DNA of 64,000 nt from Callorhinchus milii (lineage: Eukaryota), in the NCBI RefSeq assembly GCF_018977255.1, contig NW_024704742.1, positions 112,842,001 through 112,906,000 on the forward strand. The letters run 5' to 3'. The notes under the pieces were generated by a model. That model was not told the DNA's origin, made no database searches, and saw only the letters and a program-made list of their open reading frames with translations. Shown here piece after piece: positions 1 through 13,749 of the stretch. Both the position numbers and the translations under genes were made by a program. Every line of letters starts with the position of its first letter. Position 1 is the stretch's first letter.

Positions 1-326
1 CCTCCGCTCAGCGGGCTCCGGCCTGCTTCACGTCCCTCGCCTCGCTTGCCCCACTATTGGCAGGTGGACCTTCTACCACTCTGCCCCCTCCCTCTGGAAC
101 TCTGTCCCACAGTCAACCGCCTCGCCCCCTCGCTTGCCTCCTTCAAGACCTGTCTCAAAACCTTTCTCTTGGATATTTCTTTCGATCACCCTGCTTCCCC
201 CCCGATGCCCTCCACACTCCCCTATCCTGACCCCCAGCTCGGGTCAGAAATTTTGTCTGTCCAGCGCCTTGGGGCATCCTCCTGACGTGAAAGGCACTAT
301 ATAAATGGAATTTTGTTGTTGTTATT
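1..326 (+). mobile_element. L2 LINE 3' end
   Basis: SLASFKTCLKTFL ORF2 C-terminus, conserved tail, (TTG)n. Confidence 0.88.
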
Positions 327-902
327 GTACTCCCAGGCATGGTTGATGATAACTATCCATTAGCCAACATGACTTAACAGCAAGATTTTCAGTAGCAGAC
401 GAATCACTCTGGCAAGCATTTTTCCCACTCGGCTTCTGTTAGCTGTGAAAGCTAAAGCCTTAATGCAAAAATGGTCTTTGCTGGATAAGGAGCAGGAAGG
501 TTGTGAGTCAGTGTTCCCAATGCCAAGCTGTGTTGTTTTAACTGGTTAAATTCCTGCTCCACCCCAAAGCATACTGTAGGTTTCCTAAGTCTTCACTCTT
601 ACAAACCTGCACATAGACTCTAAGAAATTTTGGGAAGTGTGTCCTGCCAGGAAAAGAGTGTGCATTCCATTCCAGCTGCAGGATTTTTTCCATGAATATG
701 TGGAATTCTTAGTAGTTTTGTTTGGATACTCTTAAGCATGATGAAGGATTTCTGAATGTGTTACATACTCAAGTGACCAAAAAACATAATTTCCCACTGG
801 CTGATGATCAATGAATAAGGACATTGGCTGTGATGCTTCCAAGTGTTTCATAGCCCTGTCTGGGACACAGTCTAGGCTAACAGAAAAAAATATTATTTTA
901 GT

Positions 903-1190
903 AACAACAACCACAAATTGCTCTTATATAAGGCCTTCCACGCAGGGTAGCATCTCAGAGCGCTTAACAGTGGCGAAGCCTGACTCTGAGCCAGGGGTAG
1001 ACGGGAGGTAGTCGAAGAGGAAAGTTTTCAGGCGGGACTTGAAAGGGGGGAGAGAGGAGGCAAGGCGGAGGGATTGAGGGAGAGTGTTCCAGAGCATTGG
1101 AGCATAGTGGCTGAAAGAGTGACTTCCGATGGTGGGGTGGTGGGTGGGTGCGAGGGACAAGCAGAAGGCACTGTGGAACTGTGGAAATGA
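903..1190 (-). mobile_element. L2 LINE 3' end (second subfamily)
   Basis: FSHYAPMLWNTLPQSLR...FKSRLKTFLF; (CAA)n on + strand. Confidence 0.85.
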
Positions 1191-1249
1191 ACCATAGCTT
1201 GAGTCAGTGTGTACAGGAGAGCAGAGGAGAACATTGAAGATGAGAGACA

Positions 1250-1680
1250 AAGCTGAACATGCTTGGACTCTTTTCTCTTGAAAAGAGGAGGGTAAGAGGT
1301 AAACTGATAGAGGTATTTAAAATTATGAAAAGTTTTAATAGGGTAGACATAGGGAAGATGTTTCCATTTGTGGGGGAGACCAAAACCAGGGGCCATCAAT
1401 ATAAAATAGTCACAAATAGATCAAATAGAGAAGTTAGAAGAAATTTCGTCACACAGAAGGTAGTGGGAATGTGTAACCACTACCACAGGGAGTTGTTGAG
1501 GCAAATAGCATAGATGTATTTAAGGGAAAGCTAGATAGGTACATGAGGGAGAAATAAATAGAAGGTTATGCTTGAAGGCTTAGTTGAGGAAGGACAGGAG
1601 GAGGCTCATGCGGAGCATAAACACCGGCATAGACCAGTTGAGCCAAATGGCCTGTTTCTGTGCTGTATATTCTAATGTAT
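1250..1680 (+). mobile_element. CR1 LINE 3' end
   Basis: LGLFSLEKRRVRGKLIEVFKIM...TRGHQYK, a typical CR1 ORF2 C-terminus, followed by 3' UTR. Confidence 0.9.
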
Positions 1681-3304
1681 TCGAAAAATACAAAAATAAC
1701 GAAGTTTTTTTTTCATGAAGAAACACACATCTCTTGATCTGTGCACTTTTCATATGATCATTGCTTCAAGTCATTGAGACAACACCTTCAATGGCCAGAA
1801 ATCTCTTCTTTCATCATTTTTTAAATAGATATTTACTCTTTTGCGATCGCTTGCAATCCCACTCCATCTTCTTCACCAACTCTTGCCTTATACTCCATGC
1901 CAACTGCACCTCACCTTCTGCAGAAAATGGCTTTCAGTACGTTTGCCCCTGCTTTGCCGCCTCCTTTTCAAAATCTGTCTAAAGACGTAATTCTTTGACA
2001 ATGCTTTCAGCTACCTCAAGATTCTCTGACTAGCATTTGTGAATGCGAGTCTCAATTGATTTATCCCTCCCTAACCCTGGAGAAGACCAGGTAACTCAGC
2101 ACATGGAAGGATTTGCATTTGTAATCTTATGGCCAATGTTACATCAGTTGTTGTCTTAACTCAATAGATCAAAAGAGGAGTTTATCCCCAGAATACATTT
2201 AACTGGATCATTTTTCAATGCAGTTTTATTTATTCCTCCAGGGATACAAATGGCTTGTCGTGACCATGTAGTATGTCATCCTTGTATTGCACTTTGGTCT
2301 CAAAGCTCTGCCAGTGCTACTCTGAATCAGCCACAGGGAGGTGTATGACAGTGACCTTTCCATCTCATGTTACCTCCCCCATCGGTAGAGCTTGGCATTT
2401 GCTCAGTACATTCCTAAAGCAGCACAGCTGAGATCAAGTGGAGGATCTCAGACATAAACCCACAATTGACAACTGATAATGCATCAATGCCCCACCACTA
2501 GTTCCCATTAAAAACATTTGAAAAGCAAAGTTATTTACCGTGAGCTTAGAGCTTTGTTATTGGTCCAGAAAGTATAACTCTAAGAAAATCCAGCCTGCTC
2601 TGTAAAACCTGGTGGGAATACAATTATTTAATCACTGATATCATACCTTAAAGGGAATTAAATAACCTTGGATTTGATAAGCAAGGTTCTTCCTTTGATA
2701 TATGTCACTGTCGCTTAGTTAAACTGACACATGAGGCTTTCTTTTCTCATCAATACAATATTAAAAGAGAGAGATTTCTGAAGGCAACATCATTAAAAGG
2801 CAATTAATGAAACACATTCTATTCATTTGTAGAGTATGCCAGTTCCCAAGGAAGGTTATGTCTCATCTTATTAAACTTTCTGCTGTATTGGAAATCATTT
2901 CAAGATATTCTGTTCCAATTGCTTTATGTAGGTTATTGTTCATTTAGATGGACCAGTGTTCTGGGATTTTGGGGCTATGGAAGGTTAATAGGGATTTCTT
3001 TGCCTATGGGTAGGAAGACCTAAATGGAAAAGAAGTGTAACAGGAACAGGAGCACAAATGTATTAATTAGATGTGCAGATTGCTGTTTTTTTAAAAGCCT
3101 TATTCATTCAGTGAAGGGCAACAGTCAGGAGTGCAAAAATGCTTTTAATACACATGAAATATACTCGATTTCAGTGCACTTTGACCAAAAGAAGTAACTC
3201 TTCTCCAGGTATGGTTCCCTCTGGTAATAAGGTTTTCTCTGCTATAACCTCTATAGGACAACAAAATCTAACCAAATAACTTGTTCGTCTATGTGGTCCT
3301 GAAC

Positions 3305-3685
3305 AATCCAGAGTCTGAAACACTGATTTTCCAGCGATTTGGGACATTCTCCCGACATGAAAGGTGCTATACAAATGTAATATTTTTGTTGTTGTTGTTC
3401 CTATACACCCCACCATTGGTGGCAAGTTTTATCATATCTGCCTCCATTATCTAGAACGCCATCCTGGAGTACCTCCACTTTGTTCCTTCCCTCGCCTCCT
3501 TTAAGGTCCATCTCAAGAGTAAGACCTTCTTCTTTGACTGCACCTTTGGTTATTTCCGCCACCTATTGGTCTCCACCCCTTCTGAATCTAACCCTCAGCT
3601 CAGGTGCAAATCCTGGACTGTCCAGCACCTTGGGACATCCTCCCAATGTGAAAGGCGGTAATTAAATACCAATGATTATTGTTGT
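3305..3685 (+). mobile_element. Two tandem L2 3' fragments
   Basis: Two L2 tails ending near 3397 and 3685. Confidence 0.75.
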
Positions 3686-4029
3686 ACAGTCAGCTTGGCA
3701 ATAGACAAAATACATTTCAATCACCCATTCTAATAGGTGCACTCTTTAACCAAGAATCACCTTACCCTCAAGTGATGGTGCTCTTGAGGCAGATAGAACA
3801 TTTAGTCAGCCACTAACTCAATAAATGATCCAATTATTATTGTTTCTTATCTTGACTAATAATGATTTGGCCACAAAATACACAATCAATCCACTTTACA
3901 GTATATCCGATGAAGCACTTTGAGACATCTTGATGATGTAATAAAGTACTATATCAAAAGCAAAGACTATTATTATCATCATTCTATAATAACATTTGAT
4001 ATGCAATCCATCTAAACAGGCAGGCAAAA

Positions 4030-4185
4030 CCTTAATTTAAATCTCATCTAAAGGATGGCACCTCTGATAATGCAGTGCTCCACCTGCGCTACATTAGAGT
4101 ATCAACCAGGACCATGGACTAACGCTCTGATTTGAGGCTTGTACCCAAAACCTTCTGGCCCAGAGTTGAGAGTACTATCAGGCTA
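4030..4185 (-). mobile_element. Old tRNA-derived SINE fragment
   Basis: Similar to the older SINE copies at 24540 and 28550. Confidence 0.55.
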
Positions 4186-4964
4186 ATACTATGATTGAAG
4201 CAGGCTAAGTTTGTGGCATACCTTATTTGTATGATCTGTTTGGACTTGAGGCATTTGAGCAAATTGGTCATGTGCAAAAACCCAAAGGAAAATTGACCTA
4301 TGTCATTCAAGTGTAAGCAATGAGCAATCATTGTATGTAACACATGAATATTTACATCTTTGCATCTATTTCACTTATTCGTGCTGGACCGTCAATACAA
4401 CTGGTAGACCATAGGGCTTATTGTTGGTCAAGCAATTGCCCTGAACGAGTCTGTGAAAACTGCATGTTGATGGGAGAGACCTCACTTATATTTAAAGGAT
4501 TCATTTTTAGGTGGTTTTACTCTGACAATAAGTAGCATAGTAATCTAATTTACTCTATTATCTAATTTTATAATTTGGTTCATATTAGAGACTGGCAGCA
4601 ATCCATTGTTTATTTCTGCAGACAACATTTAACATTTTTTTCAGAACATTTCTCAGGTTGGCTACAAACACCCAGCTTTGGTATTTTCCATTTAGCACAC
4701 TAATAATAAAAACTTTTGGTGTTCTAGCAGTTTTCAAACTTTATTGTACTGTATTAAGGTAACAGCAATCGCATTGAAAGATCGGCATAAGAGAGTGCTG
4801 ATTTTAACGCAGTCCCTTCTGGTCTCAGCTGAGGTTGCATGGGAGGATAAGTTGGTCCAGGGCTTCTCTGGATTAGAGAGGGGAAACCTGGCTAGAATGG
4901 TTCCTGCTCCTGGTCTCTCTGAGGCATTCTCTATTGGTTGTATGTGTGTGAGGCAGCCGAATGA

Positions 4965-5282
4965 TTTCCAGCAGGGCGAAACGTTGGGCAAGTTTCCTTT
5001 CTCCATATGCCTCTGTTTACCTAGAAGTAAGTAGGAACCCAGTTTTTAAACTATTGGCGGATCATTTTTCGGTGGTAATAATTCCTTCAAAAACAATTAT
5101 AAATTGGTCACTTCAATCCACAACTGTTTGTAGGACACTGCTATGCACAATTGGCTGTCATGTTTTGCCCACAAAATTTACAGTCAATTCACTTTCCAGT
5201 ATGTTCTGTGAAGTGCTTTGAGATGTCTTAAAAACTTGATAAGGAGCTATATCAAATGTAAAGATTATTATTATTATTATAA
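4965..5282 (+). mobile_element. tRNA/Deu-like SINE, 5'-truncated, longer subfamily
   Basis: gggcgaaacgttgggcaag...(TAT)n. Confidence 0.8.
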
Positions 5283-5455
5283 TTACCTTAGAGCAACATG
5301 AAATGGACAATTATTTTGCCTTATCTTTACTGTGTGACCAGATGGTAGGACAGTGAGTGTTAGAAACTTGTTTCAGAATTGTAAAAAAAAACTGTTGTCA
5401 CCAATGTAAAGGATAAACCTTGAACTCTCACTTACTGGATAAGTGAAGTTTTGCT

Positions 5456-7070
5456 ACAACAACAACAACTTGGACTTATATAGCACCCTCCACACTGGAT
5501 GGAGTCTCACAGCGCTTCACAGTAACGGATACTAAGGCTGAGCCAGGGGGAGGGGGAGGAAGGTAACCAAAGGTGCGGTCGAAAAGAAAGATCTTCAGCC
5601 AAGATCTGAAAATAGGAAGGGAGGAGGCGAGGCGAAGGGAGTGAGGAAGGGAGTTCCAGAGCCTCGGGGTATAGTGGCTGAAGGCACGGCCGCCAAGGGT
5701 GGAGCGGAGGAATCGGAGGACAGGAGGAGGCCAGTCCTGGTGGAACGAAAGCAACGAGCACTATTGTGAGGAGAGAGGAGGTCAGAGAGATAGGGGAGGC
5801 AGAGGAGTGGAAGGATTTGAAGACAAGGGTGAGGATCTTGAAGTCGATCCTCTCTGGGAAAGGCAGCCAGTGCAGTCTGGCAAGGACTGGGGTAATCGGG
5901 GAGCGGAGTTTGGTGTGGGTAAGAATGTGGGCGGCAGAGTTTTGTATGACCTGGATTTTGTGAATGGTAGTGGAGGGGAGATCGGCGAGGAGGGCATTTG
6001 AATAGTCCAGCCGAGAAGTGACAAAGGCATGGACCAAGGTTTCAGCGGCTTTTGGATTGAGGTATTGGCGGAGACGGGCGATGCGTCAGACATGGAAGAA
6101 AGCGGTGCTGGTGAGGGACCGGATGTGGAGGAGGAAGGATAATTGGGGGTCGAACCTGATGCCTAGGTTGCATACGGTTTTGGAGAGTTTTAGTGGGAGG
6201 TAGGGTAGGTGGAGGAGGTGAGAACCGTGTGATTTTAGACGTTGACGAGAGCCAAAGAGTATGGCTTCCGTCTTGTCAACATTCAACTGAAGGAAATTTG
6301 TGTTCATCCAGCCCCTGAGATCTGACAGGCAGGCTGACAGAACATCAGAGGACTGGGGGTCGCAAAGTGAGGTGTAAAAATAGAGTTGGGTGTCATCGAC
6401 ATACATGTAGAAGTGTACCCCATATCTGCGGATGACATCCCCAAGAGGGAGCGTGTAGATCAGAAAGAGGAGGGGGCCAAGGATGGATCCTTGGGTACCC
6501 CGCAGGAGAGCGGGAGGAGAAGCTGTTTGTGCAGATGTACTGCTGGCGGTTCGTGAGTTAGGACTCGAACCAGTCGAGTGCAGTCCCACTGAGGTGGATG
6601 ATGGAGGAAAGGCATGGGAGGTGGGGGAGGATGGTGTGATCGACTGTGTCGAACATGGCAGAGAGGTCCAGGAGGACAAGGAGCCCTGGTCACAGATAGA
6701 GAGGATGTCGTTTGTGACTTTCACAAGCGCAGTCTCTGTGCTGTGGGCAGGGCGGAAACTGGACTGGAGGGGTTCGAAGAGGGAGTGTGACGAGAGGTGT
6801 GCGTGGAGTTGATTGGCAACAACGTGTTCTAGGACTTTTTCGAGGAAAGGCAGGTTTGAAATATGGCCTTAGTGGCCAGGGTTTGAGGGATCTAGGGAAG
6901 GTTTTTTGAGGAGGGGTGTGATGTTTTAAGGGGGGGCAGGGACTGCTCCAGAGGAGAGGGACTCGTTGATAACATCAGCCAGTAGTGGGCAGATGAGGGG
7001 GAGCTGGGTGACCAGTAAATTGGTGGGGAGGGCGTCGAGGCAGCAGCTTGTGGGTTTCATTGCTGCGATT
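5456..7070 (-). mobile_element. L2 LINE, 5'-truncated ORF2 (RT)
   Basis: QGSILGPLLFLIY, MYVDDTQLY, SRLDYSNALL; (CAA)n tail; degenerate TSD ttgct. Confidence 0.93.
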
Positions 7071-7839
7071 TATTGTCTTGGCACGTACCTTTTTTAAAAG
7101 TACTGAATTTTAAAAGTTCAGAATTTCGTGGACAAGCTCAAACAGCAGCTTTGACTTTTTTGCACTGACCTGGAACTATTTTTGAAACCCCATCAGTCCT
7201 TCATCATGTCCCCTCTGTAAGCAAATGACTTGACAAAATATAATATTTCATAAAATATTGAAGTTCTGATACTGTAGCATAAGAATGATACATTTCATAG
7301 ATTTTAAGATTTTATGCAAATTAGAAAAATACTTTATTGTTTGAAAGGCTATGATTTTCAGGCAGGATTATTATATGATTGATTGACTAATAATAAAATT
7401 TACAAGCACTGAAGTGGTAAACTCGTATATTCAATAAAGGTTTATTTCCTCTGCTGGCATTTTCCATTATTAGAAGCATAAGTGCCATAGTTTGAGGGAT
7501 AACATCGGTCTTTTCTCCTGTTCCTTCGGAGTTGTCAAAATTACTTCAGTAACGTATTCAAGTATAATTAAAGCATTCCACCTTTATATAACTAGGAGAG
7601 ATAGAATTTTAAATGTTAAGGAGCAGGGAATGAAGTAAAAGTCAAGCAGTGATAATATTATTGACTAACTCAAAAATAACTTACTGTCAGTAATTGATTA
7701 TAAAATTACAGACTGAAGTGAATACAATGTAGGAGGATCATGAAAAGCAATGAAATGACAGTAAATTACAAATAAACTGCATATTTAAAATAGGCACGGT
7801 GCATAATATTCAGGCTAAAAAAAATTATGTCAAAAATAA

Positions 7840-9022
7840 AATTACCTTTGTATAGCGCCTTTCACGTCGGGAGGATATCCCAAGGTGCTGGACAATCAGT
7901 GTTTTGGAACCAAGGTGGTGATCGGGATCGGGGAGGGTACGGTCGAAGAGGAGGGTCTTGAGATGTGTCTTGAATCATGCAAGGGAGTAGACGAGATAAA
8001 GGGGCTGCGAGATAGAGTTCCAGAGGGTGGGGGCAGAGTGGCTGAAGGCCTGCCCGCCAATGGTGGGGCAAGCGAGGCGGTGGAATACAAAGTAGATCGG
8101 AGCCTGGAAGTCACAATAGTAGGGGGAGCAAGGCCATGGAGGGCTTTGAAGGTGAGGACCAGGATCTTGAACTGTATCTTTGTATGATGGTAAGACAGAG
8201 GATGAGGGTGATAGGGTCACGAAGCCTGGTGCAGGAGAGGATAATCTGGATAATCTGCAGCCTATGGAGGGAGGAGTTGGGGAGTTTGCATAGTCAAGCA
8301 TGGATGAGGGTCTCTGCGGTCTGTGGTGTGAGACAGTGGCGGAGCCGGGTGATGTTGCAGAGGTGGGGAAAGGCAGAGCGAATCATGGCACGGACGTGGG
8401 GTAGAAAGGATATTTGAGGGTCAAACAAGACGCCAAGTTTCCAGACTGGCTAAGTGAGGTGGAGTGTGCATTCTTGGATTATAATGCTGTCAGCGCCTTA
8501 GGCATGGAGGTGTTGATGGGAGCAAATCAGGAGGGCCTCGTCCAACGAGGTCAACTGTGGAAAGTTAGCTCTCGTCCAGGACTTGATGTCTAACAGACAT
8601 TCTGTCAGGACAGCAGTGGTCCTGGTGTGTAGAGACAGTTGGTTGTCATCCGCATCCATGTGGAAATTGATCCCGTGTCTGCGGATTATGTCACCAAAAG
8701 GGAGCATATAGATATTGAAGAGGAGGGGAGCAAGGACAGAGCCCTGAGGAAAGCCGCACAAGACGGTGCATAGTCCAGAGGAGAACTGTTTGTGGAGATG
8801 AAGTGGAGACGGTGTGAGAGTAGGATCTGAACCATTCAAGGACAGAACCATGAAGGTGGAGGTAAGGGAAGAGACGGTGGAGGAGGATAGAGTGGTCAAT
8901 GATATCGAAGGCAACAGAGAGGTCAAGGAGGACAAGAGAGGCAGAGGAGCCCTGGTCACAGATGGACAAAATGTCATTTGTCACTTTGACCAAAGCTGTT
9001 TCTGTGCTGTGGGCGGCATGGA
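7840..9022 (-). mobile_element. L2 LINE, 5'-truncated, decayed
   Basis: [28 protein letters not shown] motifs; L2 tail. Confidence 0.9.
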
Positions 9023-9439
9023 AACACAATAAGAATCAAACAAGTTGCCAGGGTCACCAGTTTAACAATTGTCATAAATAAACATGTTCCGTATCTACTT
9101 TTATATTTTACCTACTTATGACTCAATATTCGATATGTATTTGTCACTCGCCATTCTGCAAAAATAACCTAACACCATTAACAAGGTTTATTTTCAGGGG
9201 ATAAAAGTCATGAAAATATACAGGTAGACAACATAACATTGAATCAAAACATTTCACATTCAGATGTATTTAACAAATATAGCCACAAATACATAGTTTA
9301 ATACCCTGGAGCAGGATTATACTTCTGAGACTCAAACTTTATCAATTTTAAATAATTTGTGCCATTGACACTGTTATTTTGTATGGTTATAATATCAAGT
9401 TTGCATTAAATGTTTAACCATTTAAATATTTTTAATTTC

Positions 9440-9700
9440 TCCCTTGCCTTCTTCAAGGCCCATCTGAAGACCTTCCTAATTGACATTGGTCACCTTCCCC
9501 ACTCCACCACCCTTGCCCTCCACCCCTCTCTGATCCCAACCTGCACCTTGGGCATCCTGCTGATGTGAAAGGCTCTATATAAATGTAATTTGTTATCATT
9601 GAGCATGAGCATGTGTCTCATGAGCACAAGTGCTCTGAGACGCCGTCTGGCGTGGAGGGCGCTATATAAATCCAATCTGTTATTGTTATTGTTGTTGTTG
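9440..9700 (+). mobile_element. Two short L2 3' fragments
   Basis: L2 tails with (TTG)n. Confidence 0.7.
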
Positions 9701-11379
9701 CGTACTGTAGCAACAAATTGAAAACTGTCTTGTCAATAAAAACATTATATTGTTGCTAATGATTTTTAAGCAAAAAAACCTATCCTCAATTCTACACCAT
9801 AGTAAATACACAGATATATTATTGTTCCCTAAATATCTTCAAAATTATTCCTTCACGAAGAAACAAAAACCCTTGTGAAAATGGTTCTTGTTTCATTTCA
9901 AGTACAATTCAACATGTCTCAGTAGTGTGTTCCAAAATCTAAATCATTGTGAGCTACCACCAATCAAGGGCGAAATGATGATCTGGAGGTAATCATATGC
10001 AAGACCGACCACTGGTTTGATGCTTCCCAGTTGGTAGCCCTTAGACGAGTAGTACAGACTCATGCCATCACCATACCTATACACAGGTGCTACCTATTTA
10101 ACATTCCTCCTCGCTTTCATCCCCATAGTTGACTAGCAATTCCAAGTTTCAATATAAAAAGATGTTGCCTCACTCATTCTTGCATGTTATCTTCAGGGAA
10201 GAACATGTCAATCTGTTTGGAAATACAAACTAACATCTTGTTTGGAGTGTTTGGCTTGAGGGTAATGGTAGTGAAGCAACCATGTGCAGAAAGCCACACA
10301 CACAATTTTACCTTACATATCACGCTGAGAACTGCATTTGTACGATTTAATGTCAGAAATCAACAACCATTGCTTTATTGCTTTTGTATCCCTTGCACAT
10401 TTTTATATTTTAGTTTTTCTATCTGCCAATTCCATTTCTTGGTTGCAGCTCACAGTTATTAATGATATATTTTGTCCAATCTTTTCGGTTCAGTTCTCCC
10501 ACAGCTGCTTTCCTCCACTAGAATGTCTCCTGCAGCCTCGAGGGCAGGATGATCTTAATAAGAAATATGACACATTTAATACAATATTCTTGTCATCTGT
10601 CTGTTAGTTTCTAATATGAAACTACAACTATTTTATTGTCTCATTTTTTGGAGGAAATAACAATGGGAGGAAAGGTCCCAAATGTGCCTCGCTATTGTCA
10701 GAGTCTCATAACTAACTCAGATATGTGTTAGACATTGGTTGAAGTTTGTCTCATGCTGCCATTCCAAGTTTTGGATTCAATATTTATTTCTACATTAAAT
10801 ACATGTTAGAGAAAATTCACACAGACTTACCAAATAACCAGCAGAGAAACTAATAATTCAATCATTCAGTTTTAGCACTCCTAGACGTTATCCTGCATGA
10901 AGATCGCTAGATAAATGCAAATTGTTGTGTTTGTTACATTGTTTACTGAGAGAAATCCCGATATGTTACATTGGTCATTCAATATTTATTGAATTTATTG
11001 TAGGATATATTTATTGTACACATTAAATCACAATAGAATTATATCAAACATAGTAACATGATCTTTAACTAGTACATTGGGTGAATTCCTTGTTTCGCAA
11101 TTTGGACAAAAATATCAAAACTTGACATGAATCGTCAGTACGATATGAGTTACACCAAAAGCCTTGTGCTAAAATTCTGGTCGGGATTAATAACAATAAT
11201 CCTTGTATTTGGTACAGCACCTTATCATCTCAAAGTGCTTCACAGAATATCCTGTATATATTGTATACTGTATGCATTACACATAGCATCTTTGACATCT
11301 GGACTCCAAGTGGGATTTCCCCCATTGCGAATCTCCAAAGAATCCACATAATTGTAGCCAGAATTTCAACAAATAGGAA

Positions 11380-11985
11380 TTTTTTTGGGGGGTCCACCAG
11401 GTGTCTGACACATGCAGAAACCCATCACCATGATTTAGAGTATCCAAACCAAGCTAAGATTTCCATGCATCCCACCTACACATGGAAGTCCCAGAGATAG
11501 ATTGTTGGAATGCAATGTGCACTCTCTCCCTGGAGGGATACATCCTGCTTACCTAATTACCGAAAGCATTAGGCACAGGATGGCAAGGGCCAAGGCTTGG
11601 GCTCCCCAGAATGTGTGTTGGGGTACCCCTGGAGTCTAGCCAGCTAAAACTGCCGAGCTTGCCATTGATATTGCTTTCCGGCAAGCTTTCCCGCTGTTTG
11701 TCCTGCTACGATCATCTTATCCATTAGGGTTTTGGCTTGCAAGATTAACAGTAGCTGAGTGGGATGACTCCCTACCCTCAGTAACTGGTTTGCCCTTCCA
11801 GGTCCTGCCAATGAGCCAGGCTGGCTGTGCTGTCATCAGCAGTTCCCTGGAATACTGCGGACCGGCCTGGCTGAGGAACTGAACTACCGAGACCACCACA
11901 GAGGACTGGCTCGATTCAGACAGTCCGTTGCCAGGCATGTCACCTGACAGCCAGTTCAGTTTCAAGGAGACACCGATTAAGCCCG
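11380..11985 (-). mobile_element. Unclassified ~600-nt poly(A)-tailed repeat, full-length copy
   Basis: Homologous to copies at 27834 and 42139; T-run at 11380-11386; direct repeat taggaa at 11374-11379 and 11986-11991. Confidence 0.8.
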
Positions 11986-12534
11986 TAGGAAGCATCAGTT
12001 AAATAAAACAGAATAGCAGTACACAAAAGGACATGCAGCTTTCAATTGTTATTTTATAAGATTTTTTGTGACAAGCCCGGTATTAAACCGTTTAGAGATG
12101 TTAATTGGGCCCCCATCTAACAATGCTTCCTGTTCAAAATCAATTGAAACTCACGTATAGTTAGGGGAGCTTCACCCTGGTATAATATCTGTTACATCAC
12201 TTCTGTGAGAGATTTATGGCTGAAAAAAAATCAATTGTGGTTCTAATTAACATTTTTTAGGAAAATATATAATTTTTTTAGGTCAAAACTGTGGATTGCA
12301 GCCTATATCCTATACGTTTCAAATGATTCAGATCATACTGTAATTCAAACTTTTGTTTATTTAGAAAAATCACAAGGGAAAGCAATCTTGTTTGAGATTG
12401 ACAGGTTCAGTGTTCCCAGACAAATGCTTTGGAATGAGATGTTGTAACTTACTTAAAACAAGTACAAAGTGCAGACATAAGGTAAGGCAACCAGATTAAC
12501 ACTGCACACCCACCTTATATATTATGCATAACTG

Positions 12535-12932
12535 ACAACAACAACAAAATTACACTTGTATAGCGCCTTTCACGTCGGGAGGACTTCCCAAGGCGCTGGT
12601 CAGACAGACTTACGGTCCCGAGCTGAGGGTCGGGGTGGGGGAGGGTAGAGGGCAGGGGGTGAAGCAGAGAGGTCGAAAGCACTGTCGAAGAGGAGGGTCT
12701 TGAGGTGGTCTTGAAGGTGGCGAGGGAGGGGGTGAGACGGAGGGACTGCGGGATGGAGTTCCAGAGAGTGGGTGCAGAGTGGCAGAAGGCTCGCTCGCCA
12801 ATAGTGGGGCGAGCAAAGCGGGGGACGTGAAGCAGGCCGGAGCCCGCTGAGCGGAGCGAGCGAACAGGGTGGTAGGGAGTTAGAAGGTAGGAGAGGTAGG
12901 GGTGAGCAAGACATTGGAGGGCTTTGAAGGTG
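12535..12932 (-). mobile_element. L2 LINE 3' end, relatively young
   Basis: (CAA)n, L2 tail, many retained CpGs. Confidence 0.88.
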
Positions 12933-13135
12933 AAAATTCAGAAAGCTGTTCTTGTTATTGCATTGTCAAGTACATTGCCTTCTCACAAGAACATGTGGAT
13001 TGGGAGTGGAGGGGGAAGGGGGCAAATATGTCTTACAAGGGGGCAGCCAAATAGGAAAACCATAGAAAATCAGTAATTTAAACTTTATTCCAGCTATAAT
13101 GTATTTCAAATTGCAAGGTGTCACATTGCATACTT

Positions 13136-13153
13136 CCTAACCCTAACCCTAAC
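13136..13153 (+). repeat. Short interstitial telomeric repeat (CCCTAA)~3
   Basis: cctaaccctaaccctaac. Confidence 0.55.
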
Positions 13154-13440
13154 ACTCTTCTTTTGTGAAGACAGATGCAAAGTACTCATTCAGTACATCA
13201 GCCATGCCCTCTGCCTCAACAAGAAGATTTCCTCTTTGGTCCCTGATTGGACCCACCCTACCTTTGACTAACCTTTTATTCTGCATATGCTTATAAAATA
13301 CCTTAGGGTTTCTTTTTGTGTTACCTGCTAATCTTTCTCATACAATCTCTTTGCCCCTCTTATTTCCTTTTTCAGTTCTCCTCTGTGCTTTCTATATTCT
13401 ATTTGATTATCTTCTGTATTTTGGTGCTGATATGGCTGTT
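13154..13440 (-). mobile_element. CR1 LINE internal ORF2 fragment
   Basis: YRKHRGELKKEIRGAKRLYEK, a CR1-type inter-domain sequence. Confidence 0.75.
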
Positions 13441-13479
13441 TCAGGTCGATATTAAAGGTGACATAATATTTTTCAATAT

Positions 13480-13740
13480 CAACAACAAATTTAACTTGAG
13501 ACAGCACCTTTAGCATTGGGAGGGTATCTCAAAATAATTGACCGAGCTGGCTGAGAGCCCATACTGGGGGTGATAAAGCCAAGGAAGGTGGGAGGAAGGG
13601 GAAGTGACAAAAAGCATGGTCAAAAAGAAAGGTCTTAAGGCTGCCTTTAAAGGTGAGGAGTGCTGGGGTGGGGGCTGAGGGACGGGGATAGTAAGGCAGA
13701 AGGACTCTGGAATGGAATTCCGACAAGCAGGGCATCTGAA
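13480..13740 (-). mobile_element. L2 3' fragment
   Basis: FKGSLKTFLFDHAF; degenerate tail. Confidence 0.7.
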
Positions 13741-13749
13741 TCATCACCA

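Noticed and set aside
9944..10076. Minus-strand open frame YGDGMSLYYSSKGYQLGSIKPVV...
   Set aside because: Short, weak acceptor, and no recognisable homology
11700..11740. The ~600-nt repeat as telomerase-RNA-derived (aaccctaat on the minus strand)
   Set aside because: The motif is internal and incomplete, and no pseudoknot or H/ACA features were recognised
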